IMG/VR virus record: IMGVR_UViG_3300020036_001703
Direction: 5' to 3' (one strand)
Length of the DNA stretch: 64,000 bases
DNA from: a virus
Lineage: Duplodnaviria > Heunggongvirae > Uroviricota > Caudoviricetes
Shown: positions 38,420 through 46,954 of the stretch, in pieces
Layout of the letters: each line of letters starts with the position of its first letter
How positions within the stretch are numbered: the first letter of the stretch is position 1
Translations under genes and position numbers: made by a program
The notes under the pieces: generated by a model
Database searches by the model: none
The model's input: the letters and a program-made list of their open reading frames with translations, nothing else
Told to the model about the DNA's origin: nothing

Positions 38420-38758
38420 ATGTCTAAAGTTAGATATCTGATTATTGCTAAAGCTTATGACCGAAAAGGTAGACTTATCTCTGTAGGTCATAATCAATAC
38501 AATAAATCTCATCCATTGCAGAAGTCTTATGCACAAAGAGTCAATCTTGAGTGCAAGGATAAGCTTCATGCTGAGATTCAATGTTTGATCCGTAGTGGTG
38601 ATAAAGTTGTGTATCGTTTAACAGTAGAAAGGTATCTAAAGGATTCAACAATGGCTATGGCTAAACCTTGCCCAATTTGTCAAGAAGCTATTAAGGATTT
38701 TGGAGTTAAGATTGTTGAATATACAACTGAAAATGGTTGGATAAAGGAGAAAGTATGA
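38420..38758 (+). CDS. cytidine/deoxycytidylate deaminase-fold protein (small)
   Basis: HAE ... PCPIC zinc-binding signature; 112 aa. Confidence 0.6.
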   Translation: MSKVRYLIIAKAYDRKGRLISVGHNQYNKSHPLQKSYAQRVNLECKDKLHAEIQCLIRSGDKVVYRLTVERYLKDSTMAMAKPCPICQEAIKDFGVKIVEYTTENGWIKEKV

Positions 38759-38982
38759 TTCATTCACAATATGGTATTGATCTTGAAGATTTGCAATTAT
38801 TGTGTAAAGGTAAAATTCAGTGGAGAAAATGCCCAGATTGTGATGTGAATGGACTACAATATTGGGATGGTAAAACAGGTGAAGGAGTTAATACCAGTCC
38901 TTCTGGTATTGATCCTGAATGGCTTGAACGTGGTGGTTGTGAAACTTGTCTTGGTCTTAGTTATCAACTATTTTATGTTTAA
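38755..38982 (+). CDS. small zinc-binding protein
   Basis: ATGA-coupled start; CPDC...C.TC. Confidence 0.4.
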   Translation: MIHSQYGIDLEDLQLLCKGKIQWRKCPDCDVNGLQYWDGKTGEGVNTSPSGIDPEWLERGGCETCLGLSYQLFYV

Positions 38983-38993
38983 GGGAAGTATAA

Positions 38994-39437
38994 ATGGCTA
39001 GTCAAGAATCTTTAGATTATGTTTATATGCAAACAGCATTACTTCATTCTAAGTTGTCTTACGCAAAGCGTACAAAAGTTGGCGCCTGCTTAGTTACTAG
39101 AACAGGTATTATTGTCCCTGGTGTAAATGGTTTACCTAAAGAACTTGGTAATGAGTTAGAATACTCAGAATATTTCTTTGATACAAAAGAAACTAAACTT
39201 ATTACCAAGCCAGAAGTAGTGCATGCTGAACAAGCTTGCCTCAACAAAAGTGCAAGAGAAGGTGTATCTGTGGAAGGAAGTACTCTTTACACAACGCTTT
39301 CTCCTTGTGCGCAATGTGCAAGTAACATGACCTGGCTTAAAGTTCAAAGAGTTGTTTATCTACAACAGTACAGAGATACAAGAGGTCTTGACTTGTTGAA
39401 TCAAGCTGGTATCATTGTGTCTAAGTTAGATTTTTAA
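38994..39437 (+). CDS. dCMP deaminase
   Basis: VHAEQACL ... SPCAQCA signature; 147 aa. Confidence 0.7.
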   Translation: MASQESLDYVYMQTALLHSKLSYAKRTKVGACLVTRTGIIVPGVNGLPKELGNELEYSEYFFDTKETKLITKPEVVHAEQACLNKSAREGVSVEGSTLYTTLSPCAQCASNMTWLKVQRVVYLQQYRDTRGLDLLNQAGIIVSKLDF

Positions 39438-39447
39438 GGAGAAAGAA

Positions 39448-39708
39448 ATGCCAGTGTTGACTTTGTGTATTGTATTCTTTATTTGTGTGTCAGTCATTTA
39501 TTTATATTGCAGACTCACATCGAAAGGAAGTAGAATGACTCGATTGGAACCGGGAGATATTGTAATGTGTATCCGTGAAGTTAAATTCATTGATGGTACA
39601 ATTCACACTCAAGGTCAGTTGATTGAAGTAACTCAATGGAATTTGGATTACTTTGATTGTTTCATCGGTTCTCAGTATCAATTTGTAAGGAAGAAAGATG
39701 AATATTAA
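39448..39708 (+). CDS. small membrane protein
   Basis: N-terminal hydrophobic helix. Confidence 0.4.
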   Translation: MPVLTLCIVFFICVSVIYLYCRLTSKGSRMTRLEPGDIVMCIREVKFIDGTIHTQGQLIEVTQWNLDYFDCFIGSQYQFVRKKDEY

Positions 39709-40018
39709 AGAAAAATTTATCAAGTTTGCAGATAACAAATGGGGGAAGTCTCGTGATGGTATTTGTCAAACTGAAAGGTTTAAATCTTATTATGAAGTTT
39801 GGTGTCTAGCAATTGCTAGTTATCTAATATTCGGTGATGTGGATGAAGAAACAACTCCTGTAATGAAAGATGGTAATATTGAAAACTTTACAATTAAAGG
39901 TTTTCGATGTAATTGTGGTTGTAACGTATTTCATAAGCCGGATGATAAGAATTTGAATCTATATCAATGCAACAGTTGTGATGCTAATTATTTAGGGGAA
40001 GACTGCAATGAAAGTTAA
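39698..40018 (+). CDS. Cys-rich protein
   Basis: CNCGCNVFH...CNSCDANY. Confidence 0.4.
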   Translation: MNIKEKFIKFADNKWGKSRDGICQTERFKSYYEVWCLAIASYLIFGDVDEETTPVMKDGNIENFTIKGFRCNCGCNVFHKPDDKNLNLYQCNSCDANYLGEDCNES

Positions 40019-40244
40019 ATATAATTTAGGTGATTCCATACCAGTTGGGTATAGAAATACAGAAAATAATATTACTGAATTATTTTCGACAACAGAACAT
40101 GCTTGGGGTTTGGTAGACAAGAAAACCAAAGTACTTAAATCAGTAAAACTTTTTCGTACTCGTAAAGAAGCTAGACACATGAAGAAATATTTTAAGTTGG
40201 ATCAATACGAAGTAATTAAAATAATTTTGAATTATGAGGTTTAA
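40008..40244 (+). CDS. hypothetical protein
   Basis: 78 aa. Confidence 0.35.
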   Translation: MKVKYNLGDSIPVGYRNTENNITELFSTTEHAWGLVDKKTKVLKSVKLFRTRKEARHMKKYFKLDQYEVIKIILNYEV

Positions 40245-40694
40245 ATGACTGCACTTGAATTGTGTAAGAACTTTAAAGAAAATACCTCTAAAGTTCAACT
40301 TTGGCTGAGTATGCTTGGAAAACAGTATTACGGTGGTGGTGGTGGTATTGGAAGAGTAGTTTGTTTCAGACCAGCAACAATTGAAATTTACTACCAATTC
40401 AATAATGGAGATACTAGCTATCATCCTGTTCCATCTGAGTTTAAAGAGCATATTCAAGAAGTTTTGCTTGAAAAGAGTGAAGAAATCCTAAAAGAAGCTT
40501 TTGCAAAAATGCAACAACGTCAAAAAGAACTTGCACAGAGGGCAGTCGAGGATTACAATTCAGTCATTGAAGACATTAAGAAAGAGGTTCTGGCTGTAGA
40601 TGATGCTACAATCAGAGTAGGAATGTATAAACAAGGCATTAAGTTGCAAGAGTTAAAGGAACAACGACATATGGAATTGTATGCTACAAAATGA
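40245..40694 (+). CDS. hypothetical protein
   Basis: 149 aa, GGGGG loop then coiled coil. Confidence 0.45.
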   Translation: MTALELCKNFKENTSKVQLWLSMLGKQYYGGGGGIGRVVCFRPATIEIYYQFNNGDTSYHPVPSEFKEHIQEVLLEKSEEILKEAFAKMQQRQKELAQRAVEDYNSVIEDIKKEVLAVDDATIRVGMYKQGIKLQELKEQRHMELYATK

Positions 40695-40977
40695 AACTCA
40701 ATCTTCTATTTCTGAATATACAAGCCTAAGACGTGGCAAATCAGAGATGCCTGACATGCTATATCTTTGGAATAAGATTAAGAAGGAAATCCCGACTGAT
40801 TCTATTCCAACTGTGACTAAAGAGGACCTTAATGAAATCTATGAAAAATATCGTGGAAGAGTAATTGATTTAGTTTGGTATGAAGAACAGGATAATCTTA
40901 CTGAAGAACCAAAGAAAAAGAATCTTCAACATGGTCCTCTTCAAAAGGGTAAAAAAGGTAAACTTAAAAGGTGGTAA
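40681..40977 (+). CDS. hypothetical protein
   Basis: 98 aa, basic C-terminus. Confidence 0.4.
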   Translation: MLQNETQSSISEYTSLRRGKSEMPDMLYLWNKIKKEIPTDSIPTVTKEDLNEIYEKYRGRVIDLVWYEEQDNLTEEPKKKNLQHGPLQKGKKGKLKRW

Positions 40978-40978
40978 T

Positions 40979-41185
40979 ATGAAACGAACTGGTCAAGTAG
41001 AATTCAGTCGGCACAAAGTTATTCTTATGGAATATGAACGTGGTTGGGGTTCTAAAGTTGATGAAATTATTTATTTTGAGAATGAACTCTATGCTAAAAC
41101 TTTTGTAATTGATTTCAACTCTGAAAATGATAAAGATTCAGTTCCTGATTGGTATATGACAGCAGAGTATCAAGTTATTGGTTAA
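40979..41185 (+). CDS. hypothetical protein
   Basis: Internal ATG with AAGGTGG RBS. Confidence 0.4.
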   Translation: MKRTGQVEFSRHKVILMEYERGWGSKVDEIIYFENELYAKTFVIDFNSENDKDSVPDWYMTAEYQVIG

Positions 41186-41199
41186 TTAAAGGAAATAAT

Positions 41200-41391
41200 A
41201 TGGTAAAAGTAGTAGGTCAAGATCCATCTACAGTTAAGAAAGCACTTTGCAAAAACTGTGGTGCCATTCTTGAGTATTATAAAATTGATGTAAAAGAATA
41301 TCACGGTGTTGATTATTCTGGAGGGTCTAGGGGTAAGGAATGGATTGATTGTCCACAATGTAGTAACGAAGTTATTTTGAAAGCATGGTAA
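41200..41391 (+). CDS. zinc-ribbon protein
   Basis: CKNCGA...CPQCSN; AAAGGAAAT RBS. Confidence 0.4.
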   Translation: MVKVVGQDPSTVKKALCKNCGAILEYYKIDVKEYHGVDYSGGSRGKEWIDCPQCSNEVILKAW

Positions 41392-41392
41392 T

Positions 41393-41962
41393 ATGAAAAG
41401 GTACTTCACATCAGACATCCACGCTTTTCATAAGAACATTTGCAAGTTCACTGATCGTAAGTTAGCAACTTCTCAAGAAAATCATGAACAATGGTTAGTT
41501 GACATTTGGAATTCGCAAATAGAGAATGAAGACCTTGTGTATATTCTTGGTGATATTTCATTTGGTAAGTATCAACAAACTGCTGATTTTCTTGAAAGTC
41601 TAAATGGGCAAAAGATTGTAATCAAAGGCAATCATGATAATGAACAGCACTTGAATCATCTTTTGCATGATAAGATGATCCTGTCTTGGAAGCTTTATGA
41701 TGAAATTGATATCCAAGGTGTGAAGGCTTGTCTGATGCACTTTCCTATTACATCCTGGCACAAGCAGAACTATGGCAGTTGGATGCTTTATGGGCATTGT
41801 CATGGTAAGATGCAAGGGCAAGGAAAGACTGTTGACGTAGGTATTGACTCAGCTTATAATGTGTTTGGTGAACATAGATTGTTCTCTGACGAAGACATTG
41901 TAGCTTTTATGCAACAAAGACAAATTTACATTGCAGACTTGCATAGAAAAGAAGTACAATAG
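41393..41962 (+). CDS. calcineurin-like metallophosphoesterase
   Basis: SDIHAFH ... ILGDISFG ... IKGNHDN ... HGHCHG. Confidence 0.7.
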   Translation: MKRYFTSDIHAFHKNICKFTDRKLATSQENHEQWLVDIWNSQIENEDLVYILGDISFGKYQQTADFLESLNGQKIVIKGNHDNEQHLNHLLHDKMILSWKLYDEIDIQGVKACLMHFPITSWHKQNYGSWMLYGHCHGKMQGQGKTVDVGIDSAYNVFGEHRLFSDEDIVAFMQQRQIYIADLHRKEVQ

Positions 41963-41993
41963 ACTCATCAAACAAGTTAACGAAAGGGAAATA

Positions 41994-42374
41994 ATGCAAC
42001 ACAAATTTAAAGTAGGTGACAAAGTTAAGATGTCAGAAGAAGGTATCAAATCTGATATTTGCACTTCTGTAAAAGCTGATGCTATTATGACAGTGAAGCG
42101 TTGTACAGATTGGAGACGTGACCCTGCTTATATTCTGGAGTTTGAAGGTCAATCAAAAGGCATTTTCGCGGAATGTGAAATTGAGCTAGTTAAACCAAAG
42201 AAAGAACCTAAAGTAATTGAGATTACAAAATGGGCTCTTGTAAATAAACTAGCTCCAGTTGTAATTGACCCTGAACTTTTCTATACAAGGGCTGCTGCTC
42301 GTGCAGCAAAGAAGATGGATGTTTTAGGTGCTTCCCTTAAAGTAGTCAAAGTCAAAATTCAATATGAGGTTTAA
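41994..42374 (+). CDS. hypothetical protein
   Basis: 126 aa; GAAAGGGAAAT RBS. Confidence 0.45.
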   Translation: MQHKFKVGDKVKMSEEGIKSDICTSVKADAIMTVKRCTDWRRDPAYILEFEGQSKGIFAECEIELVKPKKEPKVIEITKWALVNKLAPVVIDPELFYTRAAARAAKKMDVLGASLKVVKVKIQYEV

Positions 42375-42605
42375 ATGATTAATGAACATGACATCAAAGA
42401 TTTCCCTTATTCACCTTACGCCGATACAGTTCTTCTTTATGAACTAAAGAATGATTCTTATTTTAAGTTTCAGGATTGTAGTAAGGTTTATCATTTTGTA
42501 AAACCAGATGGAATGTATTCTATTTGTTATGATTTACAAGGGAATCTGTTTCATTTTGCTGTGTTTTCTAAGGTTATTGAAGTAAAGGAACCTACTAATG
42601 GTTGA
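42375..42605 (+). CDS. hypothetical protein
   Basis: 76 aa. Confidence 0.4.
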   Translation: MINEHDIKDFPYSPYADTVLLYELKNDSYFKFQDCSKVYHFVKPDGMYSICYDLQGNLFHFAVFSKVIEVKEPTNG

Positions 42606-42816
42606 AGAAATTCAAGGGTTTGAAGAACTTGTAAGTACTGAAGTTTCTGGTTATGATATCAGGCGAAGTACAGCAGATCTGAAGTTGTGTAATGTATTTG
42701 CTGTAAATTATATGAATCAAGTTCTATATCCAATTGTAGTTGATGTAAGTTTTGAAACTGCAGTACGATATAAAGATAGTTATGATAGTGAATTGAAGGT
42801 TGAAGATGCAAGTTAA
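42598..42816 (+). CDS. hypothetical protein
   Basis: 72 aa. Confidence 0.4.
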   Translation: MVEEIQGFEELVSTEVSGYDIRRSTADLKLCNVFAVNYMNQVLYPIVVDVSFETAVRYKDSYDSELKVEDAS

Positions 42817-42817
42817 T

Positions 42818-42976
42818 ATGTTCTCTGAAGAATCTGGTGGTTTTCAAAAGACTCGTAAACCTAAGCGATATGATTGGGATGAAAAACCAAGTAAAGATAA
42901 AAAGAAAAAGAAGGATTACACAGATCAGCGTAAGACAAAACGAGGGGAAATTGAGTACCAAACTGAAAAGTATTAA
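42818..42976 (+). CDS. small highly basic protein (not in ORF track)
   Basis: 52 aa, Lys-rich (KDKKKKKD); start 1 nt after the preceding stop. Confidence 0.3.
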   Translation: MFSEESGGFQKTRKPKRYDWDEKPSKDKKKKKDYTDQRKTKRGEIEYQTEKY

Positions 42977-43170
42977 CTAGCAAGAAAAGACCCGCTAAAC
43001 CTATGGACAATTTTCCCTAGTTGTTTATGTTCACTTCAGTGTAAAATGATACAAGCTGTTAAGGTTTGTACTTGTATCTGGTCACTCTAAAACCTGTAGA
43101 CTGTCGTCTACTCAAATTGAAGCCATGTGTGGTGGATAAGAGACAAGATGGTTTGAAGTCAATTTAGGGG

Positions 43171-43199
43171 TTGACAACAAACCTTAGAGGATTTAAGAT
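43171..43199 (+). promoter_or_regulatory. sigma70-like promoter in a 400-bp non-coding region
   Basis: TTGACA, 17-bp spacer, TAAGAT. Confidence 0.35.
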
Positions 43200-43372
43200 T
43201 TGGTCTTCTAAGGTTTGTAAGTGAACTTTATGTTCCCCGTAGCGTTTAGTGACGATTAAACTATTCCTAGAATGTGAGGGCATTCAAGGTGAGATAAGGG
43301 ACTAGCTCCGATACCTAGCTGCAACTAGGGTATGATTGGTACTTACAATTTAATTTTATGATGGAGAATTAA

Positions 43373-43552
43373 ATGACAGCATATTTCGAAGCAGGTAAGG
43401 GATCTATCCAACGTCCTGAAGACCATGCTAAGTTTTCTGATAATTTTGATCTTATCTTCGGTAAGAAAGACATAAAGATCTTGACAGAAGGCCAGAATGA
43501 AGATAAAATTCAACCTGAAGTACAAGATCACCCTCAACAGGCTAAGGACTAG
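43373..43552 (+). CDS. small conserved protein, paralogue A (AYFEAGKGSIQRPEDH family)
   Basis: 59 aa, GGAG RBS; ~30 N-terminal residues nearly identical to 44721..44909. Confidence 0.4.
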   Translation: MTAYFEAGKGSIQRPEDHAKFSDNFDLIFGKKDIKILTEGQNEDKIQPEVQDHPQQAKD

Positions 43553-43553
43553 T

Positions 43554-43907
43554 ATGCAAATCAAGAAGATTATCTCAGCAGCGTTTATTTCTCTTGCACT
43601 AAGCTCTAACGCTTTTGCATTTAAGACTTGCAATGACGACTGGAAGTTTCGAGAAGACAAGCAGCAACATGCTGCAGGTTCTGTAGTAATGGCTGGAGTT
43701 TTCAATGCTTTTACTGATGATCCCTGGAAAGCTTTTGGTGCTTCTGTTGCTGTTGGTGGTACTTACGAACTTGTTACAGGTTGTGCAAGTCTTGAAGATT
43801 TTGGTTATGATATCCTTGGTTCTGCAATTGGAGCTTATGTTGGATATAAGGTAAAGAATTTTATCATCACACCAAATAAGGTTGTGTATTCTGTTCAGTT
43901 TAATTGA
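43554..43907 (+). CDS. secreted protein with signal peptide
   Basis: MQIKKIISAAFISLALSSNAFA signal-like N-terminus; start set at the internal ATG after AAGGA. Confidence 0.45.
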   Translation: MQIKKIISAAFISLALSSNAFAFKTCNDDWKFREDKQQHAAGSVVMAGVFNAFTDDPWKAFGASVAVGGTYELVTGCASLEDFGYDILGSAIGAYVGYKVKNFIITPNKVVYSVQFN

Positions 43908-43920
43908 TGGAGGTCATTAG

Positions 43921-44085
43921 ATGAACATCTATATTGTTAAAGGTCATAACTTGGGTTGGGATGATGTTGTTGGTGTTTTCGATATGAAAGAAACATTTTA
44001 CGATGATCTTCTCAAAGAGTTTCCTCCTTCGTCATATTTTATAATTAATAGTAAGATTTCTACTCTTGATGAATTTCAAGAATAA
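43921..44085 (+). CDS. small hypothetical protein (not in ORF track)
   Basis: 54 aa, GGAGG RBS. Confidence 0.35.
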   Translation: MNIYIVKGHNLGWDDVVGVFDMKETFYDDLLKEFPPSSYFIINSKISTLDEFQE

Positions 44086-44174
44086 GTTTTACAGAGTAAG
44101 TAAGAAGAATGAAAGTAATAGCTTGTACATGCTATGAAATATCCTAAGGTACTAGGCTTACTTATTTCTGTATT

Positions 44175-44249
44175 GGGCTGTTAATTCAATGGTAAGAATA
44201 GGCGACTCATAATCGTTCAATATAGGTTCAATTCCTGTACAGCCTACCA
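44175..44249 (+). tRNA. tRNA-Met (anticodon CAT)
   Basis: Hand-folded cloverleaf: acceptor GGGCTGT/ACAGCCT, D stem ATTC/GAAT, anticodon loop CTCATAA, T stem ATAGG/CCTGT, discriminator A plus encoded CCA. Confidence 0.75.
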
Positions 44250-44344
44250 TCTATGCTGTTATGTCGCTCATAACTGATTTCAGCTTGGAATAAGAATGTA
44301 AGTTAATCGAGGTGCGAAACCTCGTCCATTTGCTTGAGTATTTA

Positions 44345-44423
44345 GTAGCACAGTACCACACTCGGCTTCTACCCGAGAGCAGTGTAACGGAGTCAATGCA
44401 GGTTCGAATCCTGTCTGTGCTAC
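44345..44423 (+). ncRNA. aberrant tRNA-like element (canonical acceptor and T-arm, non-canonical core)
   Basis: 9-bp terminal helix GTAGCACAG/CTGTGCTAC; perfect T-arm GCAGGTTCGAATCCTGT; internal hairpin CTCGG-CTTCTAC-CCGAG (loop would read anticodon TCT); no D-arm can be drawn and there is no CCA. Confidence 0.3.
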
Positions 44424-44458
44424 TAAGTATTCAACAATCTGAATAAAGGAGAAAATAA

Positions 44459-44707
44459 ATGTCGATAAAAATTGGTGATTCTGTTAGGCCTCGACGGACA
44501 ATTTACTTCATTGATGATACAGCACATTATAAAGAGCAGGAATACTTAGTAACATACGATAATGTTGACTACTTTAATATAAACTCCCACGATTATACTG
44601 TTGTAAAATCAGGGGCTCGGCCTCTTTGTGATTGCAACGGTTGGGGATGCTGGGGGTGTTGTACATCAGAACAGCAAATCAGGTCCGCTCAAGGAACATT
44701 CAGTTAA
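44459..44707 (+). CDS. hypothetical protein
   Basis: 82 aa, AAAGGAG RBS, CDCNGWGCWGCC. Confidence 0.45.
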   Translation: MSIKIGDSVRPRRTIYFIDDTAHYKEQEYLVTYDNVDYFNINSHDYTVVKSGARPLCDCNGWGCWGCCTSEQQIRSAQGTFS

Positions 44708-44720
44708 GGAGAAAATAAAA

Positions 44721-44909
44721 ATGCCAGCATACTTTGAAGCAGGTAAAGGTTCAATTCAACGTCCAGAAGATCATAAGAAGTTTTCAGATAACTATGATCT
44801 GATCTTCGGTAAAAAGAAAGATCCTGAACATGAAAAATTCATTGAAGAAGTTTTCAATGCTATTCCTGTAGTAAATATTCCTACTGTAATTAAAGAATCA
44901 GATGAATAA
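44721..44909 (+). CDS. small conserved protein, paralogue B
   Basis: MPAYFEAGKGSIQRPEDHKKFSDNYDLIFGKK; AAGGAG RBS. Confidence 0.45.
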   Translation: MPAYFEAGKGSIQRPEDHKKFSDNYDLIFGKKKDPEHEKFIEEVFNAIPVVNIPTVIKESDE

Positions 44910-45044
44910 TTAGGTTTAAGAAATGCCTAGAAAATTCAGATGTTCGATCAAACACTGTAACAAAAGCGATTCCAAAGAATTCTAGATACTTCAGGTTGGA
45001 TAACTTTTGCAGATAGTTTCTAGGTATTTCTTAAAATTAAAATC

Positions 45045-45527
45045 ATGAAATATATATTAATTCTTTTGTTGTTTTTTAGCAACATAACTTATGCAAATCA
45101 AGTTGAGATCAACTGTTTAGCTGCTACAATCTTCTTTGAAGCTAGAGGTGAGCAGATCAAAGGACAAGAAGCTGTAGCTCAAGTTGTAATGAACAGAGCT
45201 AAAGTAAAGACTTATCCCCCTTCAGTCTGTAAGGTTATTAAACAACCTTTTCAATTTAGCTGGTATAGTCCTGCAAACAGGACAACAAAGGTTGTAAACG
45301 TCTTAAAAGGCCGTTTAAGCGGTTTAAATGAAAAGGATATGGAAGCATACCAACAAGCTAAAGAAATCGCTCTGAAGGCCTATACAGGGCTAATAGAACC
45401 TAATCCTAAACTTGAGAATGCTTTGTACTTTGTTCATAAGAGTGTGACTTCAAAACAACAGCCTTGGTTGAAGAAGTTGAAGTTGTTAGCAATAATTGGT
45501 AATCATAAATTTTATGGACTAAAGTAG
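45045..45527 (+). CDS. secreted SleB-like cell wall hydrolase
   Basis: Signal peptide MKYILILLLFFSNITYA; then LAATIFFEARGEQIKGQEAVAQVVMNRA, typical of the SleB/Hydrolase_2 family. Confidence 0.6.
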   Translation: MKYILILLLFFSNITYANQVEINCLAATIFFEARGEQIKGQEAVAQVVMNRAKVKTYPPSVCKVIKQPFQFSWYSPANRTTKVVNVLKGRLSGLNEKDMEAYQQAKEIALKAYTGLIEPNPKLENALYFVHKSVTSKQQPWLKKLKLLAIIGNHKFYGLK

Positions 45528-45614
45528 CAAATAAACAACAGCCTGTTGAGATTCGTCTTGACATGCTTTTTCTTTGTCTGTATGATTCAATCATCTTAAC
45601 TAGAGGAGGATAGA

Positions 45615-45923
45615 ATGTATAAGATGTTCATTGACGATGAGAGATTTCCAGTAGACGACTCATTTGTAATTGTCAGAAGCAGTTCTGAGGCAATCGAGTA
45701 TGTGAAGATTCACGGAATTCCATCTTTTATTTCATTTGACCATGATCTTGGGGAAAATGATACCAGCATTATCTTCATCAATTGGTTGATAAATCGTATT
45801 TTGGATAATGAAATCACTCCTACTTTTGATTTTTATGTTCATTCACAAAATCCTATTGGCGTAGAAAATATCAAAGGTAAATTGAATCCGTTTTTGAATA
45901 TTTATAAAAGGACAAAATCATGA
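45615..45923 (+). CDS. hypothetical protein
   Basis: 102 aa, GGAGG RBS. Confidence 0.45.
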   Translation: MYKMFIDDERFPVDDSFVIVRSSSEAIEYVKIHGIPSFISFDHDLGENDTSIIFINWLINRILDNEITPTFDFYVHSQNPIGVENIKGKLNPFLNIYKRTKS

Positions 45924-46255
45924 ATTTTAAAAATCCAGTAATCAACCAAATCGCTCAAGATTGTGGTCTTCATATTGACTTTTCTAATCCTAAGGCTACA
46001 ATGCGTGAAATTGAATTCTTTGCTGAGAAGGTTTTAGAATTCAATCAATCTAACATCGTTAAAGAAAAAGATGGTTGGATTAAAACAAATGGACTGAAAC
46101 CAAATATTCCAAAAGATGTTAGAATCGAAGTTAAATTTCGAGATGATATAACTGATTTTGGACATGTAGATGACTGGATCAGATGCTGGAAAGACAATTC
46201 CAAAGCGTATGATATTATTGAATATCGAATTGAATACAATAATTTGGAGGATTAA
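45920..46255 (+). CDS. hypothetical protein
   Basis: 111 aa. Confidence 0.45.
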   Translation: MNFKNPVINQIAQDCGLHIDFSNPKATMREIEFFAEKVLEFNQSNIVKEKDGWIKTNGLKPNIPKDVRIEVKFRDDITDFGHVDDWIRCWKDNSKAYDIIEYRIEYNNLED

Positions 46256-46405
46256 ATGAAAAATACAATTACCATGATTTTCTTTATCATTGCTTGCTTG
46301 ATCATGTTGTCTGGGATCTTTGTACCCGATGGGAAAGGATTCTATGTATTTGTAACATCAATTATGTGTTTAGGTATTGGAGGGCATTATGCAAAGTCAA
46401 ACTGA
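46256..46405 (+). CDS. small membrane protein (not in ORF track)
   Basis: 49 aa, two hydrophobic helices, GGAGG RBS. Confidence 0.3.
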   Translation: MKNTITMIFFIIACLIMLSGIFVPDGKGFYVFVTSIMCLGIGGHYAKSN

Positions 46406-46655
46406 AAAGAACTGTTACAAATGTAAATACCGACAAAACGTTGTAGGATCTGCACATAGCTCTTGTGCATATCCAATTGATACAGCAAAAGCTACTATCA
46501 TGTTCATGTCTGGTGCAAAGAGTCTAGTGACTACTGACAAGTCTTTTAGGATTGAAGGTAATTCTCATGGGATTCGAAGTGGCTGGTTTATCTGGCCTAT
46601 CGACTTTGATCCAGTATGGGTTGAACAATGCACTGGATTTACTAAAGCTGAATAA
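46389..46655 (+). CDS. hypothetical Cys-containing protein
   Basis: CYKCKY...C; GGAGGG RBS at the internal ATG. Confidence 0.4.
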   Translation: MQSQTEKNCYKCKYRQNVVGSAHSSCAYPIDTAKATIMFMSGAKSLVTTDKSFRIEGNSHGIRSGWFIWPIDFDPVWVEQCTGFTKAE

Positions 46656-46748
46656 GGAAATAATATGGAAAAGTATGCATCTGTTTAGTAGTTGACTTTT
46701 ACTTTTCTAGTGATACACTCCTTGAATCGAAACGTTTTGGAGAACATT

Positions 46749-46952
46749 ATGAAACTTCGTTACACAGTATTGATGGTTCAAACTGACAACCAGATCTATC
46801 GGGTTATTGCTACTTTTGATGAACCGTTTCCGGCAGTTGAATATGCGGAAAAACGGCACAAACGAAATTCTACACAGGAAACTCAATGGAACATTTATGT
46901 GTTTGATGAAGAAACGAATCATGCAATTTTCACATTTTATTTTGGAGAATAA
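46749..46952 (+). CDS. hypothetical protein
   Basis: 67 aa, GGAG RBS. Confidence 0.4.
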   Translation: MKLRYTVLMVQTDNQIYRVIATFDEPFPAVEYAEKRHKRNSTQETQWNIYVFDEETNHAIFTFYFGE

Positions 46953-46954
46953 TC

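Noticed and set aside
44345-44423. Calling this a canonical tRNA-Arg(TCT)
   Set aside because: With a 7-bp acceptor adjacent to the T stem, only 7 nt remain before the putative anticodon stem, so no D-arm can be formed; it is kept as tRNA-like only
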